A stretch of DNA of 64,000 bases from positions 17,395-81,394 of the forward strand of contig JACOUB010000058.1 in the NCBI GenBank assembly GCA_016178015.1, written 5' to 3'. Below are positions 41,802 to 50,658 of the stretch, piece after piece. Numbering within the stretch: position 1 is the first letter of the stretch; every line of letters begins with the position of its first letter. A program made the translations under genes and the position numbers. The DNA comes from Methylocystis sp. (lineage in GTDB: Bacteria > Pseudomonadota > Alphaproteobacteria > Rhizobiales > Beijerinckiaceae). The notes under the pieces are model-generated. The model did not search any database. It was not told the origin of the DNA and was given only the letters and a program-made list of their open reading frames with translations.

Positions 41802-43436
41802 TCAATATTTAACTGTCGTGCGCAACCCAAAAACCGCGGCGTCGCGGATGCGCCTTACGGCGAGGCTTGCGGGATCGATGGCGCCGCCGCCGGGATGGAA
41901 AATATATTGAAAATCCGGCTGAACGATCCACCCGGGAATAACCTGCGCCTGATAAGCGAGCTCGAGCGCAACTTCATCGTCGCGGATCGGAGAAGCGGTT
42001 TGGGCAAAAAAAGCGTTATCGCGATCGAGCCCTCGCAGCGACGACGAAATCTCCGAATAGGCCGCCGCCAAGCCAAATGCGTCGTCTGGCCTCGCGTCCA
42101 AAAGGCCCATGAAGTTGACGCCCCCCTCGGCATAAAAATCAATCATATTGCGGTCCGACGGACTTGCCGACAGCCGCGCGAAAACCCCGGCGCCCTTCTT
42201 GGGGGCGTCTGCGGACGCACGCCAGATCATCTGATCAATCACGCCATAAACGCCCCAATCGCCGCGATGCGGCAAAGGAACGCCATTGCTCGACGGATCG
42301 GCGAGCGAAAGAGCGTCTGTGCCGAAACGCTGATCGTCGAACCTGCTGAAATGGCGCCATACGCCGAGCTTGATGGTCCCGGCAAGGCCTGACGAGCTGT
42401 TGTCCTGATTGTGCTTGACTTGTGCTTCCCCGATCACGAATGGCGGATCCTTGAGTCGGAAATTAATTCCCGCCGGGTCCTTGAACTCCTGCAATCCCGT
42501 GAAGCGCGCCCCCGAAGGATCGCCGTTGAACGCGGCGGCGAGAAGGGTGATTTGATCATTCGGGCTCACTTTGAGACGCACGCCGGGCGTCGCCAGCGGG
42601 TAGGCCGGGCCGCCGCTCGGCAAATCTGCCGAGGTTATGTTGGGCCAGCCGAACGTCCCGTTGACATACAAGGCGCCGAGTTCGCTGATGAAGAATTCGG
42701 CATCGGCGGCCAACTGACCAACACGGATCGACGCTGCGTCGCCAAAAAGTTTCTGTTCAAGCCAGGCGTCGAACAGCCGCGTCGTCGCCCGCGCCTCGAT
42801 GCTGCTGATCGTCGAGAAGTTGAAAATGCAACAGGTGGAGAGACCCCGGCCGTGGATTTGATAGGCGTCGATGTGAAACGAGGCGCCGGTCAAACCGGCG
42901 ATCTTGTCGAGATCGCCGTCGACCGCCATTTCGAGCAGACCCTCGTAAATCGCGCCCCGCTTGACGCCGCCGCTGGGGTTGCCGAAGACCTCGCCGGTAT
43001 AATTGACTTGCAAATTGAAGCCGCGATCGAGCAGCGCCTTCTTGAAGTCCCCCAGCGCGGGAACGCTGGAGGAGATCGAGGGCTGCTCGCTTGCCGGCGC
43101 CGCTATGGATTCGCTTACATGCGCTGGCGAGGTCAACACGACCCGTTCTTCGCCGGTGAAGGTCCTGGTGCTCGACGACGTCACGGGCGCCGGCGCCAGC
43201 GCCGGAGCGGGTCGAGCGGCGCGAACCGGGGTTGGGCGTTGCGGCTTTGCAGTCCCGACCGTTCGTTTCGCTTTTGCAGCCCCGACCTCGATTTTCGGCA
43301 ACGGCGCCTGCGCGAGCGCCGCGGATGAAACGAGCGTCGCGACCAACGCGAACGCTCTCGCGCTCCGCAGGAGATTGAAACTCGGCACACGGGAACGCGG
43401 GCCGCTACTTACGGCTCTCGAGATCGGGGACTGCAT
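41802..43436 (-). CDS. OprB-family (carbohydrate-selective type) porin with an unusual N-terminal extension
   Basis: YTGEVFGNPSGG, SIRVGQLAADAEF, GWP...SADLPSGGPAYP..TPG, VQPDFQYIFHPGG, terminal GLRTTVKY. Confidence 0.92.
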   Translation of the reverse strand: MQSPISRAVSSGPRSRVPSFNLLRSARAFALVATLVSSAALAQAPLPKIEVGAAKAKRTVGTAKPQRPTPVRAARPAPALAPAPVTSSSTRTFTGEERVVLTSPAHVSESIAAPASEQPSISSSVPALGDFKKALLDRGFNLQVNYTGEVFGNPSGGVKRGAIYEGLLEMAVDGDLDKIAGLTGASFHIDAYQIHGRGLSTCCIFNFSTISSIEARATTRLFDAWLEQKLFGDAASIRVGQLAADAEFFISELGALYVNGTFGWPNITSADLPSGGPAYPLATPGVRLKVSPNDQITLLAAAFNGDPSGARFTGLQEFKDPAGINFRLKDPPFVIGEAQVKHNQDNSSSGLAGTIKLGVWRHFSRFDDQRFGTDALSLADPSSNGVPLPHRGDWGVYGVIDQMIWRASADAPKKGAGVFARLSASPSDRNMIDFYAEGGVNFMGLLDARPDDAFGLAAAYSEISSSLRGLDRDNAFFAQTASPIRDDEVALELAYQAQVIPGWIVQPDFQYIFHPGGGAIDPASLAVRRIRDAAVFGLRTTVKY

Positions 43437-43564
43437 GCAAGGACTCGCAGCAAACGTGGGCCGTCACTGCGAAGGGTCTCTGCCCACCCGGCGGCGATGA
43501 CGCCCGGCATGGGTTTCGGCCGCCTCGGTGCACCCCGCCCGACGCTTTCGCGCGTGACCACGAA

Positions 43565-43745
43565 CGATGGCAGGTCTCCTGGCTCGCGGGTCGTCGCCTC
43601 GGACCGCCTTCCCAGGAACGCGCTCGTCCCAGTGGCCTATCGGTCATCGGCTGGCCGCTCACAGTTGCGGGGGCAGCTGCGGCATCGCGCGCATCGAAGC
43701 GCTCACCGCATTCCCATTTGATCCCTTAAAGGGAACCATCGTTTC
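43565..43745 (-). ncRNA. Cobalamin (AdoCbl-type) riboswitch
   Basis: Minus strand: GGTTCC...GGGAATGCGGTG...GCCGCAGCTGCCCCCGCAACTGTGAGCGG...GCCACTGGGA...CTGGGAAGGC...GCGAGCCAGGAGACCTGCCATC. Confidence 0.95.
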
Positions 43746-43868
43746 CATTTGACACGCTGATCGCCTAATGGTCAAGGCGCCGGCGCACGATTGGCCAAGC
43801 GTCAAACGGCCACTAGGGCATAGCGCGCAAACTGGCTAAAGTCGAAGCCGCTGATTCGACGGTGGTCC

Positions 43869-45527
43869 ATGGCGCAAACAACCACGACTTTCGAGCGCGC
43901 CGGCCGCTGGCCGGGTTTATCGCTGGCCCAGCGCGTCATCCTCAGCGAGGGCTGGACGCGCCGCGCCATCGCCTGTTGTGCCGGCGCAATCGGCGCGCTG
44001 GCGCTGGCGCCGGTGGATTTCGCGCCGGCGATGCTCGCGCCGATGTGCGCAGCGGTGTGGCTCATTGACGGCTCGGCGACGGCGACGCATGGCGGCGGCT
44101 CGGGTTTTATGCGCGCCTCGGCGGCGTCCGCCGCCGCGGCCGGTTGGTGGCTCGGCTTCGGCTATTTTCTCGCCGGGCTGTGGTGGCTTGGCGCGGCGCT
44201 GCTGGTCGAGGCGGATCAATTCGCATGGGCGCTGCCGCTCGCCGTGCTCGGCGTCCCCGCGGGGCTGGCGGTTTTCACCAGCCTCGGCTTCGCCTTGGCG
44301 CGGCTCTTATGGTCGTCCGGTTCGCTGCGCGTCTTTGCGCTCGCCGCGGGCCTCGGCGCATCCGAATGGCTGCGCGGCCATCTCCTCACCGGCTTTCCCT
44401 GGAACGACTTCGGCATGGCCCTGGCGGGGCCTCTCGTCTTCGCCCAAGCGGGGGCGCTCATCGGTCTTTATGGACTGGATGTCTTGGCGATCATCGTCTT
44501 CGCGGCGCCCGCGACGCTCGTCAACGCCGCCGCGCCGCGCCGGTTCGTCACGCCGGCGCTGGCGGCGGCGCTGGCGGTTCTGGTTGCTTTGACGCTCTTC
44601 GGGGCGTTGCGGCTCAGCCGTGGCGAGACCGAATTCGTCGACGGGGTGCGGCTGCGCCTGATGCAACCGAACTTGCCGCCGGACGCCAAATTCAAAGCGG
44701 CGAACGGCCCCGACATCGTGCGCCATTATCTCGCCCTCTCGGATCGGGCGACGACGCCGGAACGCGCCGGCGTGGCGGACGCAACGCATCTCGTTTGGCC
44801 CGAGTCGGCCTTCCCCTTCGTGCTGTCGCGCGAGCCGCAGGCGCTTGCCCAGATCGCCCGAGTTCTGCAAGGAAAAACGCTCATCACCGGGGCGGCGCGC
44901 GTCGAAGAAGCCCGCTTCGCCGGCGCCGGCGCAACGCAACGCACGAAAATCTACAACTCGATCGAAGTTGTGCAGGGCGGCAAGATCGTCGCCGCCTATG
45001 ACAAGATTCATCTGGTTCCGTTCGGCGAATATCTGCCGCTCGCCTCGTTGTTGGGCCCGCTCGGCGTCAACCATCTTGTTCCCGGCGTCTGGGACGAAGG
45101 CAGAGGGGCGCGGCGGCTGATCGCGCCCGGCCTGCCGCCGATGGCGCCGCTCGTCTGCTACGAAGCGATCTTTCCCGGCGAGGCGGCCCCGCCGGATGCG
45201 GACAACGCTCGCCCGCAACTGCTGCTCAACGTCACCAACGACGGCTGGTTCGGCAGGACGAGCGGTCCATACCAGCATCTGGCGCAGGCAAGGCTACGGG
45301 CGATCGAAGAGGGTCTGCCGCTGGTGCGCGCCGCCAACACCGGAATCTCGGCGCTCGTCGACCCTTATGGCCGAATTCTGGAGCAATTGCCGCTGGGCGT
45401 CGAAGGCGTCCTGGATGGCCGGCTCGCCAAGGCGCTGCCGGCGACGCCCTTCTCGACGCATCCAAATTTGTGGCCATTAGCTCTTTGGTTCGCCGCCGCC
45501 ATGCTCGCGGCTGCGGGTCGCCGTTAG
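43869..45527 (+). CDS. lnt: Apolipoprotein N-acyltransferase
   Basis: GFPWN, VWPESA, YDK.HLVPFGEYLP, CYEAIFP, NVTNDGWFG, RAANTGIS. Confidence 0.97.
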   Translation: MAQTTTTFERAGRWPGLSLAQRVILSEGWTRRAIACCAGAIGALALAPVDFAPAMLAPMCAAVWLIDGSATATHGGGSGFMRASAASAAAAGWWLGFGYFLAGLWWLGAALLVEADQFAWALPLAVLGVPAGLAVFTSLGFALARLLWSSGSLRVFALAAGLGASEWLRGHLLTGFPWNDFGMALAGPLVFAQAGALIGLYGLDVLAIIVFAAPATLVNAAAPRRFVTPALAAALAVLVALTLFGALRLSRGETEFVDGVRLRLMQPNLPPDAKFKAANGPDIVRHYLALSDRATTPERAGVADATHLVWPESAFPFVLSREPQALAQIARVLQGKTLITGAARVEEARFAGAGATQRTKIYNSIEVVQGGKIVAAYDKIHLVPFGEYLPLASLLGPLGVNHLVPGVWDEGRGARRLIAPGLPPMAPLVCYEAIFPGEAAPPDADNARPQLLLNVTNDGWFGRTSGPYQHLAQARLRAIEEGLPLVRAANTGISALVDPYGRILEQLPLGVEGVLDGRLAKALPATPFSTHPNLWPLALWFAAAMLAAAGRR

Positions 45528-45902
45528 GGCGCAGCGCCTGAACTGACGAGCGCCTTTCATCTCGGCGTTCTCAATTTCTTTAACTGGGACGTGGGCTCGG
45601 GCGGCCCGATCACCCTGACGATCACGACCTTGGGCGCCGACCGGTCTCGAGGAGGCGCCTATGTGAGTATCTGGCGCGTCCTTGACAGAATCGAATCCGT
45701 CTCGCGCCGGCGCTCGCCGCCATCTGGGATCATCCGGACGTTGGCCCGAACATATCCAACATCAAGCCGTCTTCGCTTAACGACGACAAAAACGCTGTTT
45801 CATTTGACCGTGGACTACCCTTCCCGCAGTCAAATGAAACAGCAAAATCTCGAAATACCGCTTCGCAGTTATATTGAAACCGAAATCGACAGCCGCCAAT
45901 GG

Positions 45903-46724
45903 TCAAAAGCCGTGGATTTCAAAGGATCGACCGATCGAAAGACCCGCCGTGAACTGATTTCGCGACCCGATGAGATTGGGAATGGGGCTGGCGCCGACGC
46001 TGTCCATCAGCCGTTGCAGAGCGCCGAAAACGGTCGCATTGGTGTTTTCCGAGAAATCGTAGCGCATGGCGGCGATGCCGCCGACCGAGGTGAAGCCGCC
46101 GGTCGCCTCATAGGGCGTCAGGCGTCCGTTCAACAGGGCCTCGATCGGCGAAACCGAGAAATAGGCTTCGGCGTATCGGTTGTCGCTAAAATTGAGCCGC
46201 GGACCGACCGATAGAGTGGCCGGCCCCTTCGAACCGTATAGATCGGCCCCAATGGCCGCGACAAATCCGCGATGGCCGTCGACTCCCTGCCGCAATTCGG
46301 CGCGCGCCCGAAAATGCTCGACGGGCGTGAATTCGACGAAGCCGCCGATTTCATGGGTGAGGCTCACTTCGCGCAGTCCGAACAGGCCGTCGCGCTGCCC
46401 GCGCTTGAAGACGAAATTGGCCACGGGCCCGACGCGCGCCACGCCAAAGTCCAGGACCGTCAGACCGAAGCTGTCATCGGGTGTCGAAAAGCCCTCGGGC
46501 GCGCCGACGCGGCGGAACCCGATCGAGGGGAAGGGATAGGGCCGCAGCAGCGCGGAACCCGGGAAACTCGGCGAAACCGCGCCCGTGATGTGAAGGGAGA
46601 CGATCCAGCCGTCGTCGGCCACGGGCGCGGGCTCGACGGCCGGCTCCGCCGCCATCGCCTGTCCCGCAAGAATCAGCGCGGCGGCGAAACCATGCGCCGC
46701 GAACCGATGGACCTTCGATCGCAA
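45903..46724 (-). CDS. MipA/OmpV-family outer-membrane protein (TTG start)
   Basis: Signal peptide after a GGAAGGAAGG RBS; FSTPDDSFG, RARAELRQG, SPI; C-terminal Phe. Confidence 0.85.
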   Translation of the reverse strand: MRSKVHRFAAHGFAAALILAGQAMAAEPAVEPAPVADDGWIVSLHITGAVSPSFPGSALLRPYPFPSIGFRRVGAPEGFSTPDDSFGLTVLDFGVARVGPVANFVFKRGQRDGLFGLREVSLTHEIGGFVEFTPVEHFRARAELRQGVDGHRGFVAAIGADLYGSKGPATLSVGPRLNFSDNRYAEAYFSVSPIEALLNGRLTPYEATGGFTSVGGIAAMRYDFSENTNATVFGALQRLMDSVGASPIPNLIGSRNQFTAGLSIGRSFEIHGF

Positions 46725-47192
46725 CGCCGAATCCTTCCTTCCCAAAACACAATCGGATATCTGTAGCAGACCGCCGCCGGCCTGGCCACCGCTTCGAAGC
46801 GCCCCGCCATTTTTTCCGCCGCTCCTGCCATGGTTGCGAAAATGCAACGATGCTGGAATCGTCGAGGAGATGAATCGGAGACCAAGAATTGGAAAAAGAC
46901 CGGCCTGCGCCGACCCTGCGCCGTCGCCGTCGCGATCATCGTCGCCATCATCGTCGCCATCATGGCGCTGGAGCTCGAGCCGGCTCACGGCGTCGAGCTA
47001 TGTGCGCGGCTTCATCCATTTGGCGATCTGCACGAAATTCCCCCCGCCCCGACTCTCGCAACGCCGCGTTCTCGATGTTATGTATTTTTCAATATGATGT
47101 AGATTCAATGGGTAGCTGGGTGATTAGAAAATGACAAACCTCGCGCCGACCTTTATTAACGACAATACTTGAGCGTCAGGATCGCAGCTTAA

Positions 47193-48209
47193 ATGATGGC
47201 GGGGTCGCAAACGTGTCGGCAGGATATGATCCTCATCACCGGGGCGAGTGGATTTATCGGATCGGCGATTGCGGGCGCCTTTCGGCGAGAGGGCTATCGT
47301 GTTCGCGTCCTGATCCGGCCGTCCAGCCCGCGAACCAACGTGGATGCCCGCGATGATGTTTTCATCGGCGATATTCTGAACCGGAAGTCAGTTGCTGCAG
47401 CCCTCGACGGCGTGCGTTATCTTGTACACGCCGCCGCCGACTATCGGCTTTGGGCGCCCTCCTCCGACGACATCATCCGAACCAATTTCGAGGGCACGCG
47501 GATTGTCATGGAGGAAGCCTTGCGAGCCGGGGTGGAGCGGGTCGTCTATACGAGCTCCGTCGCAACTTTCGACTTGCGCGCTGGCGGGCTGGCCGACGAG
47601 AGCCGTTCGCTGTTGGTGGGCGAAGCGGTTGGCGCCTACAAGCGCAGCAAGGTCATGGCGGAACGTCTCGTCGAGGACATGGTGAAGACCGCCCGGCTTC
47701 CGGCGGTGATCGTCAACCCATCGACGCCGATTGGCCCGCGCGATGTGCGGCCGACCCCCACCGGCCGCATTGTGGTCGAAGCCGCCTCCGGGCGCATGCC
47801 CGCATTCGTCGACACCGGCCTCAATTTGGTCCACGTCGACGACGTGGCCGCCGGACATGTGGCGGCGTTGCAAAGCGGCAGGATCGGCGAGCGTTACATC
47901 CTCGGCGGAGAAAACGTCACGTTGCGCCAGATGCTTTCGGACATCGCCTCGATCATGGGCCGTCGCCCACCGCGGCTGCGATTGCCACGCGCCGCAATTT
48001 ACCCGCTCGCGGCCGGCGCCGAGCTTTTTGCGCGGGTGACCGGCCGTCCTCCCTTTGTGACGCTCGACGGTCTACGCATGTCGCGTTACCGGATGTTTTT
48101 CGACGACAGCAAAGCACGACGTGAGCTCGGATACACGTCACGTCCCTATCGCGAGGGGCTCATGGACGCGATCGACTGGTTCAGGCAGGCCGGCCAGCTG
48201 CGCGGCTAG
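47193..48209 (+). CDS. hpnA: Hopanoid-associated sugar epimerase (extended SDR)
   Basis: TGASGFIG, HAAADYRLW, YKRSK, NPSTPIGPRDVRPTPTG; next to hpnIJK. Confidence 0.88.
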   Translation: MMAGSQTCRQDMILITGASGFIGSAIAGAFRREGYRVRVLIRPSSPRTNVDARDDVFIGDILNRKSVAAALDGVRYLVHAAADYRLWAPSSDDIIRTNFEGTRIVMEEALRAGVERVVYTSSVATFDLRAGGLADESRSLLVGEAVGAYKRSKVMAERLVEDMVKTARLPAVIVNPSTPIGPRDVRPTPTGRIVVEAASGRMPAFVDTGLNLVHVDDVAAGHVAALQSGRIGERYILGGENVTLRQMLSDIASIMGRRPPRLRLPRAAIYPLAAGAELFARVTGRPPFVTLDGLRMSRYRMFFDDSKARRELGYTSRPYREGLMDAIDWFRQAGQLRG

Positions 48210-48259
48210 TGGCCCGCGTCACATAAAATGAAGGGTGCGCTGGAGGGTGGGTTCGATTT

Positions 48260-48317
48260 GCGAGCCTGAAGGCTCGCGGTCCAGGGCCGCTCTTGGAGCG
48301 CGAGCCTTCAGGCTCGC
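48260..48317. repeat. Family 4 REP pair in outward-facing orientation, between convergent hpnA and hpnK
   Basis: GCGAGCCTGAAGGCTCGCGGTCC...GGAGCGCGAGCCTTCAGGCTCGC. Confidence 0.88.
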
Positions 48318-48391
48318 ACAAATAAACCAATCAATTTGGCTGACGCAGGCCTCTAGAGCTTTTTCATGTTTCGTGGAAACAAGAAAAAGCT

Positions 48392-49231
48392 CTAGCAAAA
48401 ATCCGAATATCCGCCGAGCTTAATGTCGGAGCGCCGGGCGGCGGCGATCACGGCCGCCGACGTCAACGCGGCAAGCTCGTCGGCATAGCGGTAGCCCGGG
48501 GCGTGCCCTTCGAAATCGTCCCGCGTCGCGGGATGCGTGTAAATTTCTGTCCAGCCCTCGGGAAGGCGATCGAGCAGACCCGCGAACCGCGGCGCGGTCA
48601 TAGCGCCGGACCAGGCGAGGCCGAAGACGGCGTCAGGACTCCGCAACCCAGCGCGACGCGCGCGGCGAGCGAGCAGACTGGCCCATGGCGCGGTCAGCCA
48701 GTCCGAACCTGGCGGCGTTTGCGGGTCCGCGTCGACGAGCGTCGAGCGAGTTTCGATTGGCGCACGCAATCCGCGCAGCCCATGGCGGCGGCCGACCGCG
48801 ATGATGGCGCCGGCGACCGTCGGATGAAGATGAAAATGCTTGTGAGCGTTGACGTGATCGAGCGGGAGATTGGTTGCGCGGAACGCCTCGAATTGCGCCT
48901 CGATCTCGGCCGCGAGCTGCCGCCGCGCCGACGGGTGCGCGAAGATATCAAACCCAAGCCCCGCCATATCGCTCCGAAATCGGCCGCTGGCGTCGACAAG
49001 GCGGGGCAGCCGCTCCGGCGGCAACACCGGGCAACCCTCAACCAGCACCACATGCAATCCGACGCGCAAGTGCGGCAAGCGCCGCGCCCGTTCGACCGCG
49101 TCCCTAGCTGCGCCGCCCGAGACCATCAGGCTCGCCGCCGCAAGGATGCCGTCCTTGTGTGCAATCTCGACGGCCTGGTTGACCTCCGGCGCCAGCCCGA
49201 AATCATCGGCCGTGACGACGAGACGCTTCAG
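48392..49231 (-). CDS. hpnK: Hopanoid biosynthesis-associated deacetylase; probable CTG start
   Basis: KRLVVTADDFGL, GLHVVL, DHVNAHKHFHLHP, EIYTHP. Confidence 0.9.
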   Translation of the reverse strand: MKRLVVTADDFGLAPEVNQAVEIAHKDGILAAASLMVSGGAARDAVERARRLPHLRVGLHVVLVEGCPVLPPERLPRLVDASGRFRSDMAGLGFDIFAHPSARRQLAAEIEAQFEAFRATNLPLDHVNAHKHFHLHPTVAGAIIAVGRRHGLRGLRAPIETRSTLVDADPQTPPGSDWLTAPWASLLARRARRAGLRSPDAVFGLAWSGAMTAPRFAGLLDRLPEGWTEIYTHPATRDDFEGHAPGYRYADELAALTSAAVIAAARRSDIKLGGYSDFC

Positions 49232-50658
49232 AGCGCAGTCTCCCTCCGCTCGCGCAAGAATTGGAAGAACTCCAAGCCCTCGCGCAAACGACGCTTCATC
49301 ATTTCGGGAGATCGCGCCATTTCGCTGACGAAGGCCGCGATCTTGGGCGCGCGAAAATAGAACCGCCGGTAGAATTGCTCGACCGATTGGAAAATTTCGG
49401 TATGGCTGAGGTGCGGATAGCTGATCGGCGCGATCTGGCTGCCATCCGCATTGACCAACTCGGCATTGCTGAGATCGAGCCAGCCGTTCTCCAACGCCTG
49501 ACGATGCAGATGCGTCCCGGGATAGGGCGCGGCGAGCGAAATCTGTATGGTATGCGGATTGATCTCGGTGGCGAAACGGATGGTTTCTTCAATCGTCTCC
49601 GTTGTCTCGCCCGGCAGGCCGAGAATGAACGTGCCGTGGATCGTAATCCCAAGCTCGTGGCAATCCTTGGTGAAGCGCTTTGCCACCTCGACGCGCATGC
49701 CCTTCTTGATGTTGTGCAGGATCTGCTGGTTGCCGGATTCGTAGCCGACGACGAACAGCCGCAGCCCATTGTCCCGCATCACCTTCAAGGTCGAGAGGGG
49801 CACGTTGCCCTTGGCGTTGCATGACCACATGACGCCGAGCTTTCCGATCGCGCGTGCGAGCTGTTCGACGCGCGGCAAATCGTCAGTCAGCGTGTCGTCG
49901 TCGAAGAAGAACTCCCGGACCTGCGGAAACGCCTTCTTCGCCCAACCCAGCTCCTCGATCACGTGACCAACGCTGCGCGTGCGGTACTGATGACCGCCGA
50001 CCGTCTGCGGCCACAGGCAGAAGGTGCAGTGTGATTTGCAGCCGCGTCCAGTGTAGAACGACAGGTAGGGGTGCCGGAGATAGCCGCTGAAATAATTCTC
50101 GATGACGAGGTCGCGCTTATACACCGGCGACACGAACGGCAGCTCATCCATGTTGTGCAGGATTTCGCGATCATCGTTGTGTGCGATACGACCATCCGGC
50201 GCACGGTAGGACAAGCCTGCGACGCGACCGAGTTCGCGGCCTTCCGCCACCTCCTTGATGGCGAAGTCGAACTCGTTCCGCGCCACGAAATCTATATCTT
50301 CGCAAGCCTGAAGGCTGCCGGTCGGATCGACGGCGACCTTGGCGCCGATCAGACCGATCATGAGATTGGGATTGAGTTCTTTCAGGGCGCGGACGGTCCT
50401 GACGTCGGACGAAAACGAGGGGGTGGAGGTGTGCAGAACGATGAGATCGCGGTTGCGCGCCTCCGACGCGATATCAGCAAACTTCAGATTGTGCGGCGGC
50501 GCGTCGATCAGTTTGGAGCCTTCGACCAGCGCCGCCGGCTGCGCCAGCCAGGTCGGGTACCAGAATGAGCGAATCTCGCGGCGATTCTGATAGCGCGCGC
50601 CGGCGCCGCCGTCGAAGCCTTCGAATGAAGGCGCTTGCAAGAACAATGTCCTCATCAT
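49228..50658 (-). CDS. hpnJ: Hopanoid biosynthesis-associated radical SAM protein
   Basis: RTLFLQAPSF.GFDGGAG.RYQ, GRGCKSHCTFCLWPQT. Confidence 0.94.
   Translation of the reverse strand: MMRTLFLQAPSFEGFDGGAGARYQNRREIRSFWYPTWLAQPAALVEGSKLIDAPPHNLKFADIASEARNRDLIVLHTSTPSFSSDVRTVRALKELNPNLMIGLIGAKVAVDPTGSLQACEDIDFVARNEFDFAIKEVAEGRELGRVAGLSYRAPDGRIAHNDDREILHNMDELPFVSPVYKRDLVIENYFSGYLRHPYLSFYTGRGCKSHCTFCLWPQTVGGHQYRTRSVGHVIEELGWAKKAFPQVREFFFDDDTLTDDLPRVEQLARAIGKLGVMWSCNAKGNVPLSTLKVMRDNGLRLFVVGYESGNQQILHNIKKGMRVEVAKRFTKDCHELGITIHGTFILGLPGETTETIEETIRFATEINPHTIQISLAAPYPGTHLHRQALENGWLDLSNAELVNADGSQIAPISYPHLSHTEIFQSVEQFYRRFYFRAPKIAAFVSEMARSPEMMKRRLREGLEFFQFLRERRETAL

Noticed and set aside
45540-45900. 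Possible gene remnant between lnt and the MipA-family gene
   Set aside because: No recognisable motif in any frame
46830-47102. 90-aa ORF with ATCATCGTCGCC tandem repeats and a signal-like segment
   Set aside because: No RBS or family motif, and the hydrophobic stretch comes from the short repeat; insufficient support
43565-50658. Functional link between the B12 riboswitch porin and the HpnJ radical SAM enzyme
   Set aside because: Only proximity (about 6 kb); different operons with unrelated genes between them
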